From Acidimicrobiia bacterium (GTDB lineage Bacteria; Actinomycetota; Acidimicrobiia; Spongiisociales; ZC4RG35): a stretch of DNA of 64,000 nucleotides. The stretch lies in the NCBI GenBank assembly GCA_035249605.1, contig DATFGI010000063.1:65196-129195 (forward strand). Reading direction: 5' to 3'. The notes under the pieces were generated by a model. That model did not search any database, was not told where the DNA came from, and saw nothing but the letters and a program-made list of their open reading frames with translations. How positions within the stretch are numbered: the stretch's first letter is position 1; each line of letters starts with the position of its first letter. Shown in pieces: positions 44,528 through 53,545 of this stretch. The position numbers and the translations under genes are program-made.

Positions 44528-44991
44528 TGTTCCACGTTGTCTTCTACGCCCCGGAGATCCCGCCCAACACCGGCAACGCCATGCGCCTCGCTGCCGTCAC
44601 CGGTTGCCGTCTCCATCTCATCGAGCCGCTCGGCTTCGACATGGACGACGCCAAGTTGCGCCGGGCCGGGATGGACTACCGGGACAAGGCGACGGTGACC
44701 GTGCACCCCGACCTGGAGTCATGGCGGAACCGGGTCGGGCCCGGTCGTGTCTTCGCCCTCAGCGTCGATGGCGTGACTCTCTACACCGACCAGAAGTTCG
44801 CCGAGGGCGACAGCTTCTTGTTCGGCCCGGAATCAGTCGGACTGCCCGACCCGGTCAAGAGATCGCCATGGGTCACCGCCCGGGTCCGACTCCCCATGGT
44901 CCCCGGGGTCCGGTCGATCAACCTCTCCAACGCGGCGGCCATCGTGATTTACGAGGCATGGCGCCAGATCGGATTCACGGGCTCGGCCTGA
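44527..44991 (+). CDS. trmL: tRNA (cytidine/uridine-2'-O-)-methyltransferase TrmL (SpoU family)
   Basis: 154 aa with a TGATG overlap. VVFYAPEIPPNTGNAMRLAAVTG and LFGPESVGLP motifs. Confidence 0.9.
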   Translation: MFHVVFYAPEIPPNTGNAMRLAAVTGCRLHLIEPLGFDMDDAKLRRAGMDYRDKATVTVHPDLESWRNRVGPGRVFALSVDGVTLYTDQKFAEGDSFLFGPESVGLPDPVKRSPWVTARVRLPMVPGVRSINLSNAAAIVIYEAWRQIGFTGSA

Positions 44992-45006
44992 CCCCGTGCC
45001 CATCGC

Positions 45007-45056
45007 GCAACCCAGGGTTCGCAGCGTCGCTCAGCGACGCTACGAACCCTGGGTTC
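45007..45056. repeat. REP-like composite palindrome, core type 1
   Basis: GCAACCCAGGGTTCGCAGCGTCGCTCAGCGACGCTACGAACCCTGGGTTC. Lies between convergent trmL and the M20 dipeptidase gene. Confidence 0.9.
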
Positions 45057-45066
45057 GCTGATCGGG

Positions 45067-46410
45067 TCAACCCCGCTCGGCGAGGAGGCGGAAGGCGATT
45101 GCCTCGCTCAAGGCCGCCTTCTCCAGATCTCCCAGATCCTGGCTCTCGTTGGGGGCGTGATAGGCGCTGGTCGGGTCGCCGCCCCCCACCACCAGGATCG
45201 GAGCGCCCGGGAAGAGCTCTTTGAAGGTGGCGATGAACGGGATGGATCCGCCGGCGCCCATTTCCACCGCCTCGTTGCCGAAGCCCTCGAGAAAAGCCTC
45301 CCGCCACACGTCGACCGCGTAATTGTCCGATCCGAGGATCGTGGCGTCACCGGCCTCCTCGTGGAGGAAGCCCAGACTGGCACCCCAGGGGACGTTGGCC
45401 CGCAGATGATCCTTCAGCGCCTGAAGCGCCGCCTGGGTGTCCTGGCCCGGCGGGATGCGCACGCTCACTTTGGCCCGGGCCACCGGGACGAGCTGGTTGA
45501 TCGCCTCCGAGACCGGTGGGGCGTCGATTGCCAGCACCGACACCGCGGGCCGGGTCCAGAGTCGAGACGGTATCGACCCCTCCCCGATCAACTCGAGACC
45601 ATCGACGGCGCCCGCCAGGGCCCTGGCCATCTCGTCCGGGATCTCCGGCGCTTCGCCGATCTCCTCGGAGACCAGCCCTGAGATGGCGACATTGCCCTGG
45701 TCGTCGTGGAGGGTGGCGAGGAGTCGGGAGAGGGCCATCAGTGCGTCGGGCACGTAGCCGCCGTACTGGCCGGAGTGCACCGCCGAATGAAGTGTGCGCA
45801 GCTCGACCACGACACCGACGACGCCACGCAGCGAAGAGATGTAGGCCGGGGTACCGACCTCCCAGTTGCCACCGTCGCCGATGACGATGACGTCGGGGTG
45901 GAGTATCTCGGAGTGCTTCTCCAGGATCTCGGGGAGCCCGACCGATCCTGCCTCCTCCTCACCCTCCAAGAAGAGCTGGACCCCGACGGGAAGGTTGTCT
46001 CCATGCGCCGCGATGGCACCGAGATGCATCACGATGCCGGCCTTGTCGTCGCTGGCACCCCTCCCGTAGATCCGACCATCCCGCTCGGCGGGCTCGAAGG
46101 CCGGTGTCTGCCATTCGTGGTCGGGGCCGGGGGGCTGCACGTCGTAGTGGGCGTAGAGCAGCAGGGTTGGCGCCCCCTCTGGTGTCGGCAGCTCGGCGAA
46201 CACTGCCGGATGGCCGTTGGACGACTCGAGCAGCCGGGCGTTGTCGAATCCGAGATCATCGAGCATGCCCACGATCTCGCTGCCTGCGTCTCGCACCCCG
46301 GACGGGTCGTAACCTGGGGCACTGACCGACTTCATCCGTATCAGGGTCGCCAGTAGGTCCTTGAGGCGGGGCATGTCGGCCGCGATCGCGGCTCGCAGGT
46401 CGTCGTGCAT
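45067..46410 (-). CDS. M20-family dipeptidase
   Basis: 447 aa. LLLYAHYDVQP, GRGASDDKAG and FLEGEEEAGS metal-site motifs. Confidence 0.87.
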   Translation of the reverse strand: MHDDLRAAIAADMPRLKDLLATLIRMKSVSAPGYDPSGVRDAGSEIVGMLDDLGFDNARLLESSNGHPAVFAELPTPEGAPTLLLYAHYDVQPPGPDHEWQTPAFEPAERDGRIYGRGASDDKAGIVMHLGAIAAHGDNLPVGVQLFLEGEEEAGSVGLPEILEKHSEILHPDVIVIGDGGNWEVGTPAYISSLRGVVGVVVELRTLHSAVHSGQYGGYVPDALMALSRLLATLHDDQGNVAISGLVSEEIGEAPEIPDEMARALAGAVDGLELIGEGSIPSRLWTRPAVSVLAIDAPPVSEAINQLVPVARAKVSVRIPPGQDTQAALQALKDHLRANVPWGASLGFLHEEAGDATILGSDNYAVDVWREAFLEGFGNEAVEMGAGGSIPFIATFKELFPGAPILVVGGGDPTSAYHAPNESQDLGDLEKAALSEAIAFRLLAERG

Positions 46411-46436
46411 GCGGAGCAGGGTACCGATGCCATGAT

Positions 46437-47210
46437 GTGCCCGTGCTGCGCTTCCACCTCTTGGGCATGCCGGTCGTCGTGCGCGGGTCGTTCCTGCTCA
46501 TCGCGGCCTTCATCGGCTTCGTTGGGGTCGGCGACATCCCGAGGACCGCGGCCTGGATCACCATCGTTTTCCTGTCCATCCTCATCCACGAGCTGGGCCA
46601 TGCCCTCACCGCACGGACCTACGGCTCGGCGGTGGCCATCGAGCTCAATGGCTTGGGCGGCCTCACACGCTGGGAGGCCCGCGACGGTGAGCTGACGCCG
46701 GGAAGACGGGCGTTGATCGCTGCCGCCGGCTCGGCAACCGGGTTGGTCTTCGGTGGGCTGGTCTGGTTGGTGGCCAACCAGTTCGGCCCCTACTCATCGT
46801 TGGGTGCGTTCATCCTGGAGAGCACGATCTACGTCAACGTCTTCTGGGGGTTGCTGAATTGGCTGCCCATACGGGCTCTCGACGGTGGTCATCTCCTCGA
46901 GTCTTTCCTGGAGAAGGTCGTCCCGGAGAAGGTCGAGAAGGTGAGCCGGGTGGTGTTCATCGCCACCGCGGCCGTCGCGCTGGGCATCGCCATCTGGCTC
47001 GACCTGTTCTTCATCGCCATCCTCGCCGGGTGGATGCTGCTCTCCGAGTTCAGTGTCGGGCGTCAAGAGCGCCCCGCCGTCACCGGCCTGCCGATACTCG
47101 ACTACGACCAGCGGGAGGAGGGTCTGGAGACTCATGAGGGAGCGACTTGGCCCGTGACCGGCGATGAAGAGGGCGAGATCCGGAAAGACCCCGGGGACGG
47201 GACCCCCTAG
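46437..47210 (+). CDS. M50-family (site-2 protease-like) membrane metalloprotease
   Basis: 257 aa. HELGH zinc motif in a TM helix (ILIHELGHAL) and later NWLPIRALDGGH. Confidence 0.78.
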   Translation: MPVLRFHLLGMPVVVRGSFLLIAAFIGFVGVGDIPRTAAWITIVFLSILIHELGHALTARTYGSAVAIELNGLGGLTRWEARDGELTPGRRALIAAAGSATGLVFGGLVWLVANQFGPYSSLGAFILESTIYVNVFWGLLNWLPIRALDGGHLLESFLEKVVPEKVEKVSRVVFIATAAVALGIAIWLDLFFIAILAGWMLLSEFSVGRQERPAVTGLPILDYDQREEGLETHEGATWPVTGDEEGEIRKDPGDGTP

Positions 47211-47235
47211 CGACGGGCCACTAGCGTCCCCGGCG

Positions 47236-48471
47236 ATGGACTTCTCCTACAGCGACAAGGTCGAGGACTTGAGGGGCCGGCTCCTCGAGTTCATGGACAG
47301 CCATGTGTACCCGGCCGAGCCCTTGTACCGGCATCAGATGGAGGAGGCGGGCGATCCCCATCACCACCCCGCCGTGATCGAGGACCTGAAGAAGGAGGCC
47401 CGCTCCCGCGGCTTGTGGAATCTCTTCCTCCCCGACCCCGAGCTCGGCGCCGGGCTCTCGGTCCTCGAATATGCCCCGCTGGCCGAGATCACCGGTCGCA
47501 GCGTCCACCTGGCACCCGAGGCGCTGAACTGTTCCGCCCCCGACACCGGGAACATGGAGATCCTCCACATGTTCGGCACGCCGGAGCAGAAGGAAGTGTG
47601 GCTCCACCCGCTGCTCGAAGGCGAGATCCGCTCCTGTTTCTCGATGACCGAGCCCGACGTCGCCAGTTCGGACGCCACCAACATCCGCACCCGCATCGAT
47701 CGGGACGGGGACGATTACGTCATCACCGGTCGGAAGTGGTTCAGCTCCGGGGCCGCCTCGACCAGGTGCAAGTTCTCCATCGTGATGGGCGTCAGCAACC
47801 CCGAAGCCGACCGTCACCGGATGCAGTCGATGGTGATAGTCCCGATGGACACCCCCGGAGTCGTCATCGAGCGCGAGCCGCTGGTCTTCGGCTATCAGGA
47901 CCGCGGGGGCCATCCCCAGATCCTCTTCGACGGGGTCAGGGTTCCCGTCTCCAACCTCCTCGGCGAGGAGGGTGGGGGCTTCGCCATCGCCCAGGCGCGT
48001 CTCGGCCCGGGGCGTGTCCATCACTGCATGCGGGCGATCGGAGCGGCCGAGCGTTGCCTCGACCTGATGGTGCAACGCTCCCAGGCCCGGACCGCCTTCG
48101 GCAGGCCACTCTCCGAGCAAGGGGTGGTGAGAGAGTGGATCGCCAACGCCCGGATCCAGATCGAACAGGTACGTCTCCTGGTGCTGAAGACGGCGTGGAT
48201 GATCGACAACATGGGGACGAAGTCGGCTCGAGTCGAGATCGCGGCCATCAAGGTGGCTGCTCCCAACCTGCTCACATCCATCGCCGACGACGCCATGCAA
48301 CTGTTCGGCGCAGCAGGCTTCACCGAGGACTGGCCGCTGGCCAACCTCTACTCGATGGGTCGTTGGCTGCGCATCGCCGACGGGCCCGATGAGGTGCATC
48401 TGCGATCGGTTGCCCGTGCCGAGTTGGGCCGTCTCGGGCCGGGTGCCGTGCCCGAGCCCTTCCAGTTCTGA
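47236..48471 (+). CDS. Acyl-CoA dehydrogenase
   Basis: 411 aa from ATG 47236 (MDFSYSDKVEDLR...). CFSMTEPDVASSD and GFTEDWPLANLY are typical of ACAD family (FadE-type) enzymes. Confidence 0.9.
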   Translation: MDFSYSDKVEDLRGRLLEFMDSHVYPAEPLYRHQMEEAGDPHHHPAVIEDLKKEARSRGLWNLFLPDPELGAGLSVLEYAPLAEITGRSVHLAPEALNCSAPDTGNMEILHMFGTPEQKEVWLHPLLEGEIRSCFSMTEPDVASSDATNIRTRIDRDGDDYVITGRKWFSSGAASTRCKFSIVMGVSNPEADRHRMQSMVIVPMDTPGVVIEREPLVFGYQDRGGHPQILFDGVRVPVSNLLGEEGGGFAIAQARLGPGRVHHCMRAIGAAERCLDLMVQRSQARTAFGRPLSEQGVVREWIANARIQIEQVRLLVLKTAWMIDNMGTKSARVEIAAIKVAAPNLLTSIADDAMQLFGAAGFTEDWPLANLYSMGRWLRIADGPDEVHLRSVARAELGRLGPGAVPEPFQF

Positions 48472-48586
48472 ACCGCCGCTGCCCGAACCGGGAACCCGCC
48501 GAATACGTAATGACGGTGCAGGTTTGGCACGACCCGAACACGGGAACGATCGCCGTTGACTGTGCGTTTATCCGGCTCTGGAGATT

Positions 48587-48862
48587 ATGGGGCGAGCAGT
48601 GATCGACCTGACAGTGACACCGTGGCGGGAGGCGGCTTCCTGTCTCGACGCGCCTGCCGAGGTCACCTTCTTCCCGCACAAGGAGGACCTCGTCGCCATC
48701 GTCCAGGCGAAGGCGGTCTGTGCCACCTGTCCGGTCGCCGACGTCTGCCTGAGCTGGGCGATCGAGACCAACCAGAGTGAGGGGATCTGGGGCGGTCACA
48801 CCGCCAAGGAGCGTCGCAAGCTGCGCCGCCATTGGCTGGAGGAGATCAAGAAGGCCAGCTAG
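48587..48862 (+). CDS. WhiB-family (Wbl) [4Fe-4S] transcriptional regulator
   Basis: 91 aa. Four-Cys pattern C..x..C-x2-C-x5-C (ASCL...AVCATCPVADVC), the GIWGG turn and a basic tail KERRKLRR. Confidence 0.9.
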   Translation: MGRAVIDLTVTPWREAASCLDAPAEVTFFPHKEDLVAIVQAKAVCATCPVADVCLSWAIETNQSEGIWGGHTAKERRKLRRHWLEEIKKAS

Positions 48863-48865
48863 TTT

Positions 48866-49864
48866 TCAGCGCTTCTTCTCGGCCGGCTCGTCCCGGTCCG
48901 GGCCGCGTTCGGTGCCGATGTGGACCAGCGAGTCGCCCGAGTTGACCAACGGCCGCAGCGACCTCGCCAGCACCCACCCGCCCTCCGAAGCCCTGACTCG
49001 AGCCGGGCGGATGCCGAATGCGTCCGAGATCGATGCGATCGGCTGGCCCCTCTCCACCCTCTCCCCGAGCCTCACCTCCATCTCGACTATTCCGCCGCGT
49101 CGGGCGCGCGCCCAGTGGGTCCGCCTGATGAGCCGGCTCGGTCTCGCCCGGGGGAGCCTGGCGTCGATCATCCCCATCGCCCGCAGAGTGCGCATCACCC
49201 CGGCCACGCCGGCCTCGATCGCATCGCGATCGAATCGGTTCGCCTGCCCGGCCTCGTACAGGATCACTGTCTTGCCCTGCTCGGTGGCGGCCTGACGCAA
49301 GGAACCGTCGCGCAGCCGGGCATGGATCGAGAAGGGTGCGCCAAATGCACGCGCCAGTCGCAGGGTGGGCCGGTCGTCGAGGTTGGCGCGGATCTGCGGG
49401 ATGTTGATCCTGTGGTTGGAGGCGGTGTGCAGGTCGATGCCGACGCTGCATTGGGCCACGATCTGATCCATGAACAGGTGGGCGAGCCGCGATGCGGTCG
49501 ATCCCCGCGCCGAGCCGGGGAAGGAGCGGTTCAGGTCACGACGATCGGGCAGGTAGCGGGACTGCGTGATGAACCCGAGCGGGTTGACGATCGGCACCGC
49601 GATGAGAGCACCCCTCAGCTTCTTGGCGTCGATCTCACGCAGTACACGCCGAATGATCTGGATCCCGTTCAGCTCGTCACCGTGGATGGCGGCCGACAGC
49701 CAGATGTTGGGCCCGGCGGACCGGCCATTGACCACTTTGACCGGGAGCGACTCGGTGGCCCCGGTGACCACGCGGGCGAAAGGGAGATCGATCTGCACCT
49801 TTCGTCCCGGGGCGACGGTGACGTCACCGACCGTTATCGGATCATTGACCTTGCCGTCAGTCAC
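48866..49864 (-). CDS. Succinylglutamate desuccinylase/aspartoacylase (AstE/AspA, M14-like) family zinc hydrolase
   Basis: 332 aa. [15 protein letters not shown] zinc-site motif. Last gene of the rimK module. Confidence 0.85.
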   Translation of the reverse strand: MTDGKVNDPITVGDVTVAPGRKVQIDLPFARVVTGATESLPVKVVNGRSAGPNIWLSAAIHGDELNGIQIIRRVLREIDAKKLRGALIAVPIVNPLGFITQSRYLPDRRDLNRSFPGSARGSTASRLAHLFMDQIVAQCSVGIDLHTASNHRINIPQIRANLDDRPTLRLARAFGAPFSIHARLRDGSLRQAATEQGKTVILYEAGQANRFDRDAIEAGVAGVMRTLRAMGMIDARLPRARPSRLIRRTHWARARRGGIVEMEVRLGERVERGQPIASISDAFGIRPARVRASEGGWVLARSLRPLVNSGDSLVHIGTERGPDRDEPAEKKR

Positions 49865-50732
49865 CGACGTTGTCTTCGATGTACTCGATGATGAGGTCGG
49901 CGATGCCGAATCCGCTCGTCTCCTCGATGCCCTCGAGCCCAGGGGAGGAGTTGACCTCGAGCACCATCGGCCCTTCGTCCGACTGGAGGAGATCGACGCC
50001 GGCCACGTTGAGACCCATCGCCTTGGCAGCCCGCACCGCAGTGGATCGCTCGGAGGGGGAGAGCTTGATGGCTTCCGCCTGGCCTCCGCGATGCAGGTTG
50101 GAGCGGAAGTCCCCGGGCGCGCCCTGGCGGCGCATCGAGGCGACCACCTTGCCCCCGACGACGAAGGCCCGGATGTCGGACCCCCCCGCCTCCTTGATGT
50201 ACTGCTGGACCAGAATGTTGGCGTCGAGCTGGCGGAACGCCCCGATCACCGACTCGGCTGCCTTCTTGGTCTCGGCGAGCACCACCCCGATCCCCTGCGT
50301 GCCCTCGAGCAGCTTGACCACCACCGGGGTGCCCCCGACCACGTCGAGGAGCCCATTGATGTCCTGGATGGAGTGGGCGAAGCTGGTGGTCGGCAGACCG
50401 ACCCCGGCGCGGGAGAGGATCTGCATGGAGCGCAGCTTGTCCCGGGAGCGACTGATCCCGTCGGAGCTGTTCAGGGTGAAGATGTCGGCCATCTCGAACT
50501 GACGCACCACCGCGGCCCCATAGAAGGTGTAGGTGGCTCCGATGCGGGGGATGATGGCGTGTGGTCTGACCTCCTCACCCTTGTAGAGCACCTTTGGCCG
50601 TCGTGCGGTGATGTCCATGTAGCAGCGCAGGTAGTCGACCACTGCCACCTCGTGACCCCTCGACAACGCCGCCTCCCTCAGTCGCGCCGTCGAGTAGAGG
50701 CTGGCCCCGCGGGAGAGGATGGCGATCTTCAT
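49857..50732 (-). CDS. rimK: RimK-family alpha-L-glutamate ligase (ATP-grasp)
   Basis: 291 aa. MKIAILSR start, [15 protein letters not shown] and [11 protein letters not shown] are typical of RimK. Confidence 0.92.
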   Translation of the reverse strand: MKIAILSRGASLYSTARLREAALSRGHEVAVVDYLRCYMDITARRPKVLYKGEEVRPHAIIPRIGATYTFYGAAVVRQFEMADIFTLNSSDGISRSRDKLRSMQILSRAGVGLPTTSFAHSIQDINGLLDVVGGTPVVVKLLEGTQGIGVVLAETKKAAESVIGAFRQLDANILVQQYIKEAGGSDIRAFVVGGKVVASMRRQGAPGDFRSNLHRGGQAEAIKLSPSERSTAVRAAKAMGLNVAGVDLLQSDEGPMVLEVNSSPGLEGIEETSGFGIADLIIEYIEDNVGD

Positions 50733-51193
50733 GACGCCGGCTTGTGGTTGGCCCGCCCCGGTCGCGGCCCCAGATAGCTTCGACCCGGGTCGATGACAAA
50801 GTCATTTCGGATCGTCCTCCGACCGAGGAGCATCCTGAAAGTCATCTCGTCCCTCGTCGTCAGATTCACCAGCGCCTCCAGTTCCCTCCCCGCAATGATC
50901 AGCGTGGTCTTGATCGTCGGGCGCAACTCGGTCCGGCCGCCGGGGTTCTTCACTTTACGCTCGCCGACCACCTGAGCCACGCAGAGGATGCTCGGCTTCT
51001 TCTTGCGTTGACGGGGGTGGATCTCGAATCGGACCATGGCGACACCGTCCTCGCTGAACCGCTCGATGTTGAAGGCATGCAACGAGGAGTTGTCCGCGCC
51101 GGTATCCACCTTCGCCTTGATCTCGCCGACTCCGAGATCGGGCAGTGAGACCCACTCCCGCCATCCGATGGTCTTTGGTCTCGCCTTCTTCAC
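50729..51193 (-). CDS. RimK-associated retropepsin-like protease (annotated family: putative ATP-dependent zinc protease)
   Basis: 154 aa. [30 protein letters not shown] with a DTGA aspartic-protease signature. ATGA overlap with rimK. Confidence 0.85.
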   Translation of the reverse strand: MKKARPKTIGWREWVSLPDLGVGEIKAKVDTGADNSSLHAFNIERFSEDGVAMVRFEIHPRQRKKKPSILCVAQVVGERKVKNPGGRTELRPTIKTTLIIAGRELEALVNLTTRDEMTFRMLLGRRTIRNDFVIDPGRSYLGPRPGRANHKPAS

Positions 51194-51282
51194 CGGCGGT
51201 GAGGATAGGAGCTATTCGAATGCCACCGTGCCCTGCGGCCCCGATGCTTCATCACGCAGCAGACCATCACTAAATCTGATAC

Positions 51283-51311
51283 TTGACATGTCAGATTTCA
51301 TGTCGGATAAT
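51283..51311 (+). promoter_or_regulatory. Near-consensus sigma-70-type promoter of hsp20 overlapped by palindromes
   Basis: TTGACA (51283-51288), 17-nt spacer, GATAAT (51306-51311). Sits in an AT-rich gap 42 nt upstream of the ATG. AGGAGG RBS at 51339-51344. Confidence 0.6.
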
Positions 51312-51352
51312 AGGCAAGTAGTCACAGTGTTCGACCAAAGGAGGAAGCAGCG

Positions 51353-51763
51353 ATGCTGATGCGTTTCGACCCATTCTCGGACCTGGATCGTCTAACCCGA
51401 CAGGTCTGGGGCAACAGCCGCAACTTCATGCCCGCCGACGCCTATCGCAAGGAGGATCGGTTCTATCTCCACATCGACCTACCAGGAGTCGACCCCGATT
51501 CCATCGACGTGACGGTGGAGAAGAACGCGCTCACCATCTCGGCAGAGCGCCGATGGGAGAAGGAGGGCAACGAGCAGCTGCTGCTCAACGAGCGACCCAT
51601 CGGCGAGTTCTCTCGTCAGTTCTTCCTCGGAGAGAACCTGGACACCGAAGCCATCGAGGCCGGATACGACCATGGTGTGCTGACACTCGCCATCCCGGTG
51701 GCGGAGACCGCCAAGGCTCGCAAGATCCAGGTGAACCCAACCCAGGCGGCACTGTCCGCCTGA
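51353..51763 (+). CDS. Hsp20/alpha-crystallin-family small heat shock protein
   Basis: 136 aa. Alpha-crystallin domain (DAYRKEDRFYLHIDLPGVDPDSIDVTVEKNALTISAER ... GVLTLAIPV). Confidence 0.92.
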   Translation: MLMRFDPFSDLDRLTRQVWGNSRNFMPADAYRKEDRFYLHIDLPGVDPDSIDVTVEKNALTISAERRWEKEGNEQLLLNERPIGEFSRQFFLGENLDTEAIEAGYDHGVLTLAIPVAETAKARKIQVNPTQAALSA

Positions 51764-51784
51764 GCTCGCCCAGACCAGCGGAGA

Positions 51785-51820
51785 GAGCCCCGACCGCCAG
51801 CAACGGTCGGGGCTCGTTTC
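51785..51820 (+). terminator. Intrinsic terminator after hsp20
   Basis: GAGCCCCGACCG-CCAGCAA-CGGTCGGGGCTC, a perfect 12-bp stem followed by GTTTC. Begins 22 nt after the stop. Confidence 0.65.
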
Positions 51821-51857
51821 ATGCCGCCTCCCGGACGGGTACCAGTAGCCTCAAGTC

Positions 51858-52184
51858 ATGAATCGGCAAGTGTTGTCCTACAAGATGGCGTTGGGAACGC
51901 TCGCCAGCGACGAGCCCTACTCCGAGGTGATCAGGGAAGGCAGGCTCAGCGCCGGCATCTACGCCCCACACGATTCCGACGACCAGAGCACCCATGAGGA
52001 GGACGAGTTCTACGTGGTCCTCAACGGGTCGGGCTTCGTCAACATCGAAGGCGACCGCCAGCCCTTCGGGCCGGGTGATCTCGTCTTCGTGGGAGCGGGC
52101 GTCTCTCATCAGTTCGAGGACTTCACTCCGGACTTCGCGGTGTGGGCCATCTTTTGCGGCCGCTCCGACGCCCCGGCCTCCTAG
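51858..52184 (+). CDS. Cupin-domain protein
   Basis: 108 aa with cupin motifs HEEDEFYVVLNGSG and GDLVFVGAGVSHQF. Confidence 0.78.
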   Translation: MNRQVLSYKMALGTLASDEPYSEVIREGRLSAGIYAPHDSDDQSTHEEDEFYVVLNGSGFVNIEGDRQPFGPGDLVFVGAGVSHQFEDFTPDFAVWAIFCGRSDAPAS

Positions 52185-52193
52185 TCTTCCCGC

Positions 52194-52340
52194 ATGCCCA
52201 AGCACGCCCCGGCCCTCCCTGCCTGGCTGGTGGGATTGATGATCGCCGGCGTTGTCTTCGCCCTCGTCTTGTTCCTGGCCTCGGTACTCGGCTACGGGGA
52301 CGACCCGGTGGTCGAGGGATTGGCCGCCGCTCTCGGTTGA
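52194..52340 (+). CDS. Small single-TM membrane protein (48 aa), absent from the ORF track
   Basis: ATG 52194 to TGA 52338-52340. MPKHAPALPAWLVGLMIAGVVFALVLFLASVLGYGDDPVVEGLAAALG. G/C-rich third positions. Its stop overlaps the proposed TTG start (52337) of the next MFS gene. Confidence 0.4.
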   Translation: MPKHAPALPAWLVGLMIAGVVFALVLFLASVLGYGDDPVVEGLAAALG

Positions 52341-53545
52341 GCACCCAACAGGGGGACCGACGTCGCGCCCTCTTCCTGATCGCCATCGGCCAGCTGCTCG
52401 CCTTGAGTCTGTGGTTCTCCGCGTCCGCGGTGGCGCCCCAACTCAGTGATGTCTGGGGTCTCAGCATCGGTGAGGAGGCCGGGCTCACCCTGGCGGTTCA
52501 GATCGGCTTCGTCGCCGGTGCCGTGGTCTCCGCCCTGCTCAACCTGGCCGATGTGGTCCCGGCGCGGCGTCTCTTCTTCCTCAGCGCGTTGGGTGGCGCG
52601 ATGGCCAATCTCGCACTACTCGGTGTCGGCCAAGAAGGGGCCGGCCTCGCCATCGGACTGCGGCTCCTCACCGGCGTCTTTCTCGCCGGCGTCTACCCCT
52701 CCGGGCTCAAAGTCATGGCGGGGTGGTTCCGGAGCGGCCGGGGCATGGCGTTGGGGGTCCTGGTGGGAGCGCTGACCGTGGGCACTGCGTCACCCCATCT
52801 CGTCCGTGGGATCGGCCTCGATTGGAGGGGCGTCCTCGCCACCGCATCCGGCATGGCCATGATCGCCGCGTTCCTGATGCTCGGGGTCGGTGACGGCCCG
52901 CACGAGTCGCCCCAGCAACGGTTTCGCTGGTCCCAGGTGGCCCTGGTCGCCTCCAATCGCGGAGTGCGTCTCTCCACGTTCGGCTATCTGGGCCACATGT
53001 GGGAGTTGTACGGAATGTGGACCTGGGCGGCCGCCTTTCTCACCGCTTCGGCGGCCAGCGCCGGGGTGAGCTACGGGTCGGTCCCCGTCATCACCTTCTT
53101 CGTGATCGCCATCGGTGGGATCGGCTCGTGGTGGGCAGGTCTCCTCGCCGACCGGTTGGGACGCACCCGTGTTGCCGGTGGGGCGATGATCGTCTCCGGC
53201 ACGTGTGCGGTGCTGTCCGCCCTCGTGTTCGGGGCCGGGCCCTGGTTGGTGGTCCCGTTGATGCTCCTCTGGGGTCTGACGGTGGTCGCCGACAGTGCGC
53301 AGTTCTCGGCGATGGTCACCGAGACCGCCGAGGACGACACCAGAGGGACGGCGCTCACCCTGCAGACCGCACTCGGATTCCTGCTCACCCTGGTAACGAT
53401 TCGCGCGGTACCCGCCATCGCCGGGGTCGCCACTTGGCGTTGGGCTTTCCCCATCCTTGCCCTGGGCCCGGCCCTGGGCACTTTGGCGATGGTGCGGCTC
53501 GCCCGTAGCCCGATGGCTTCCCAGCTCGCCGGGGGAAGGGGCTGA
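52337..53545 (+). CDS. MFS transporter
   Basis: About 402 aa from TTG 52337 (start uncertain). 12 TM helices. The first ~65 codons of the track ORF are R/P/G-rich and overlap the cupin gene. Confidence 0.8.
   Translation: MSTQQGDRRRALFLIAIGQLLALSLWFSASAVAPQLSDVWGLSIGEEAGLTLAVQIGFVAGAVVSALLNLADVVPARRLFFLSALGGAMANLALLGVGQEGAGLAIGLRLLTGVFLAGVYPSGLKVMAGWFRSGRGMALGVLVGALTVGTASPHLVRGIGLDWRGVLATASGMAMIAAFLMLGVGDGPHESPQQRFRWSQVALVASNRGVRLSTFGYLGHMWELYGMWTWAAAFLTASAASAGVSYGSVPVITFFVIAIGGIGSWWAGLLADRLGRTRVAGGAMIVSGTCAVLSALVFGAGPWLVVPLMLLWGLTVVADSAQFSAMVTETAEDDTRGTALTLQTALGFLLTLVTIRAVPAIAGVATWRWAFPILALGPALGTLAMVRLARSPMASQLAGGRG

Noticed and set aside
48472-48586. Promoter call upstream of whiB (TTGACT at about 48556-48561)
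   Set aside because: No convincing -10 hexamer lies at a workable distance from the ATG at 48587. It would require a leaderless transcript or a different start codon, which is too speculative to list as a feature.
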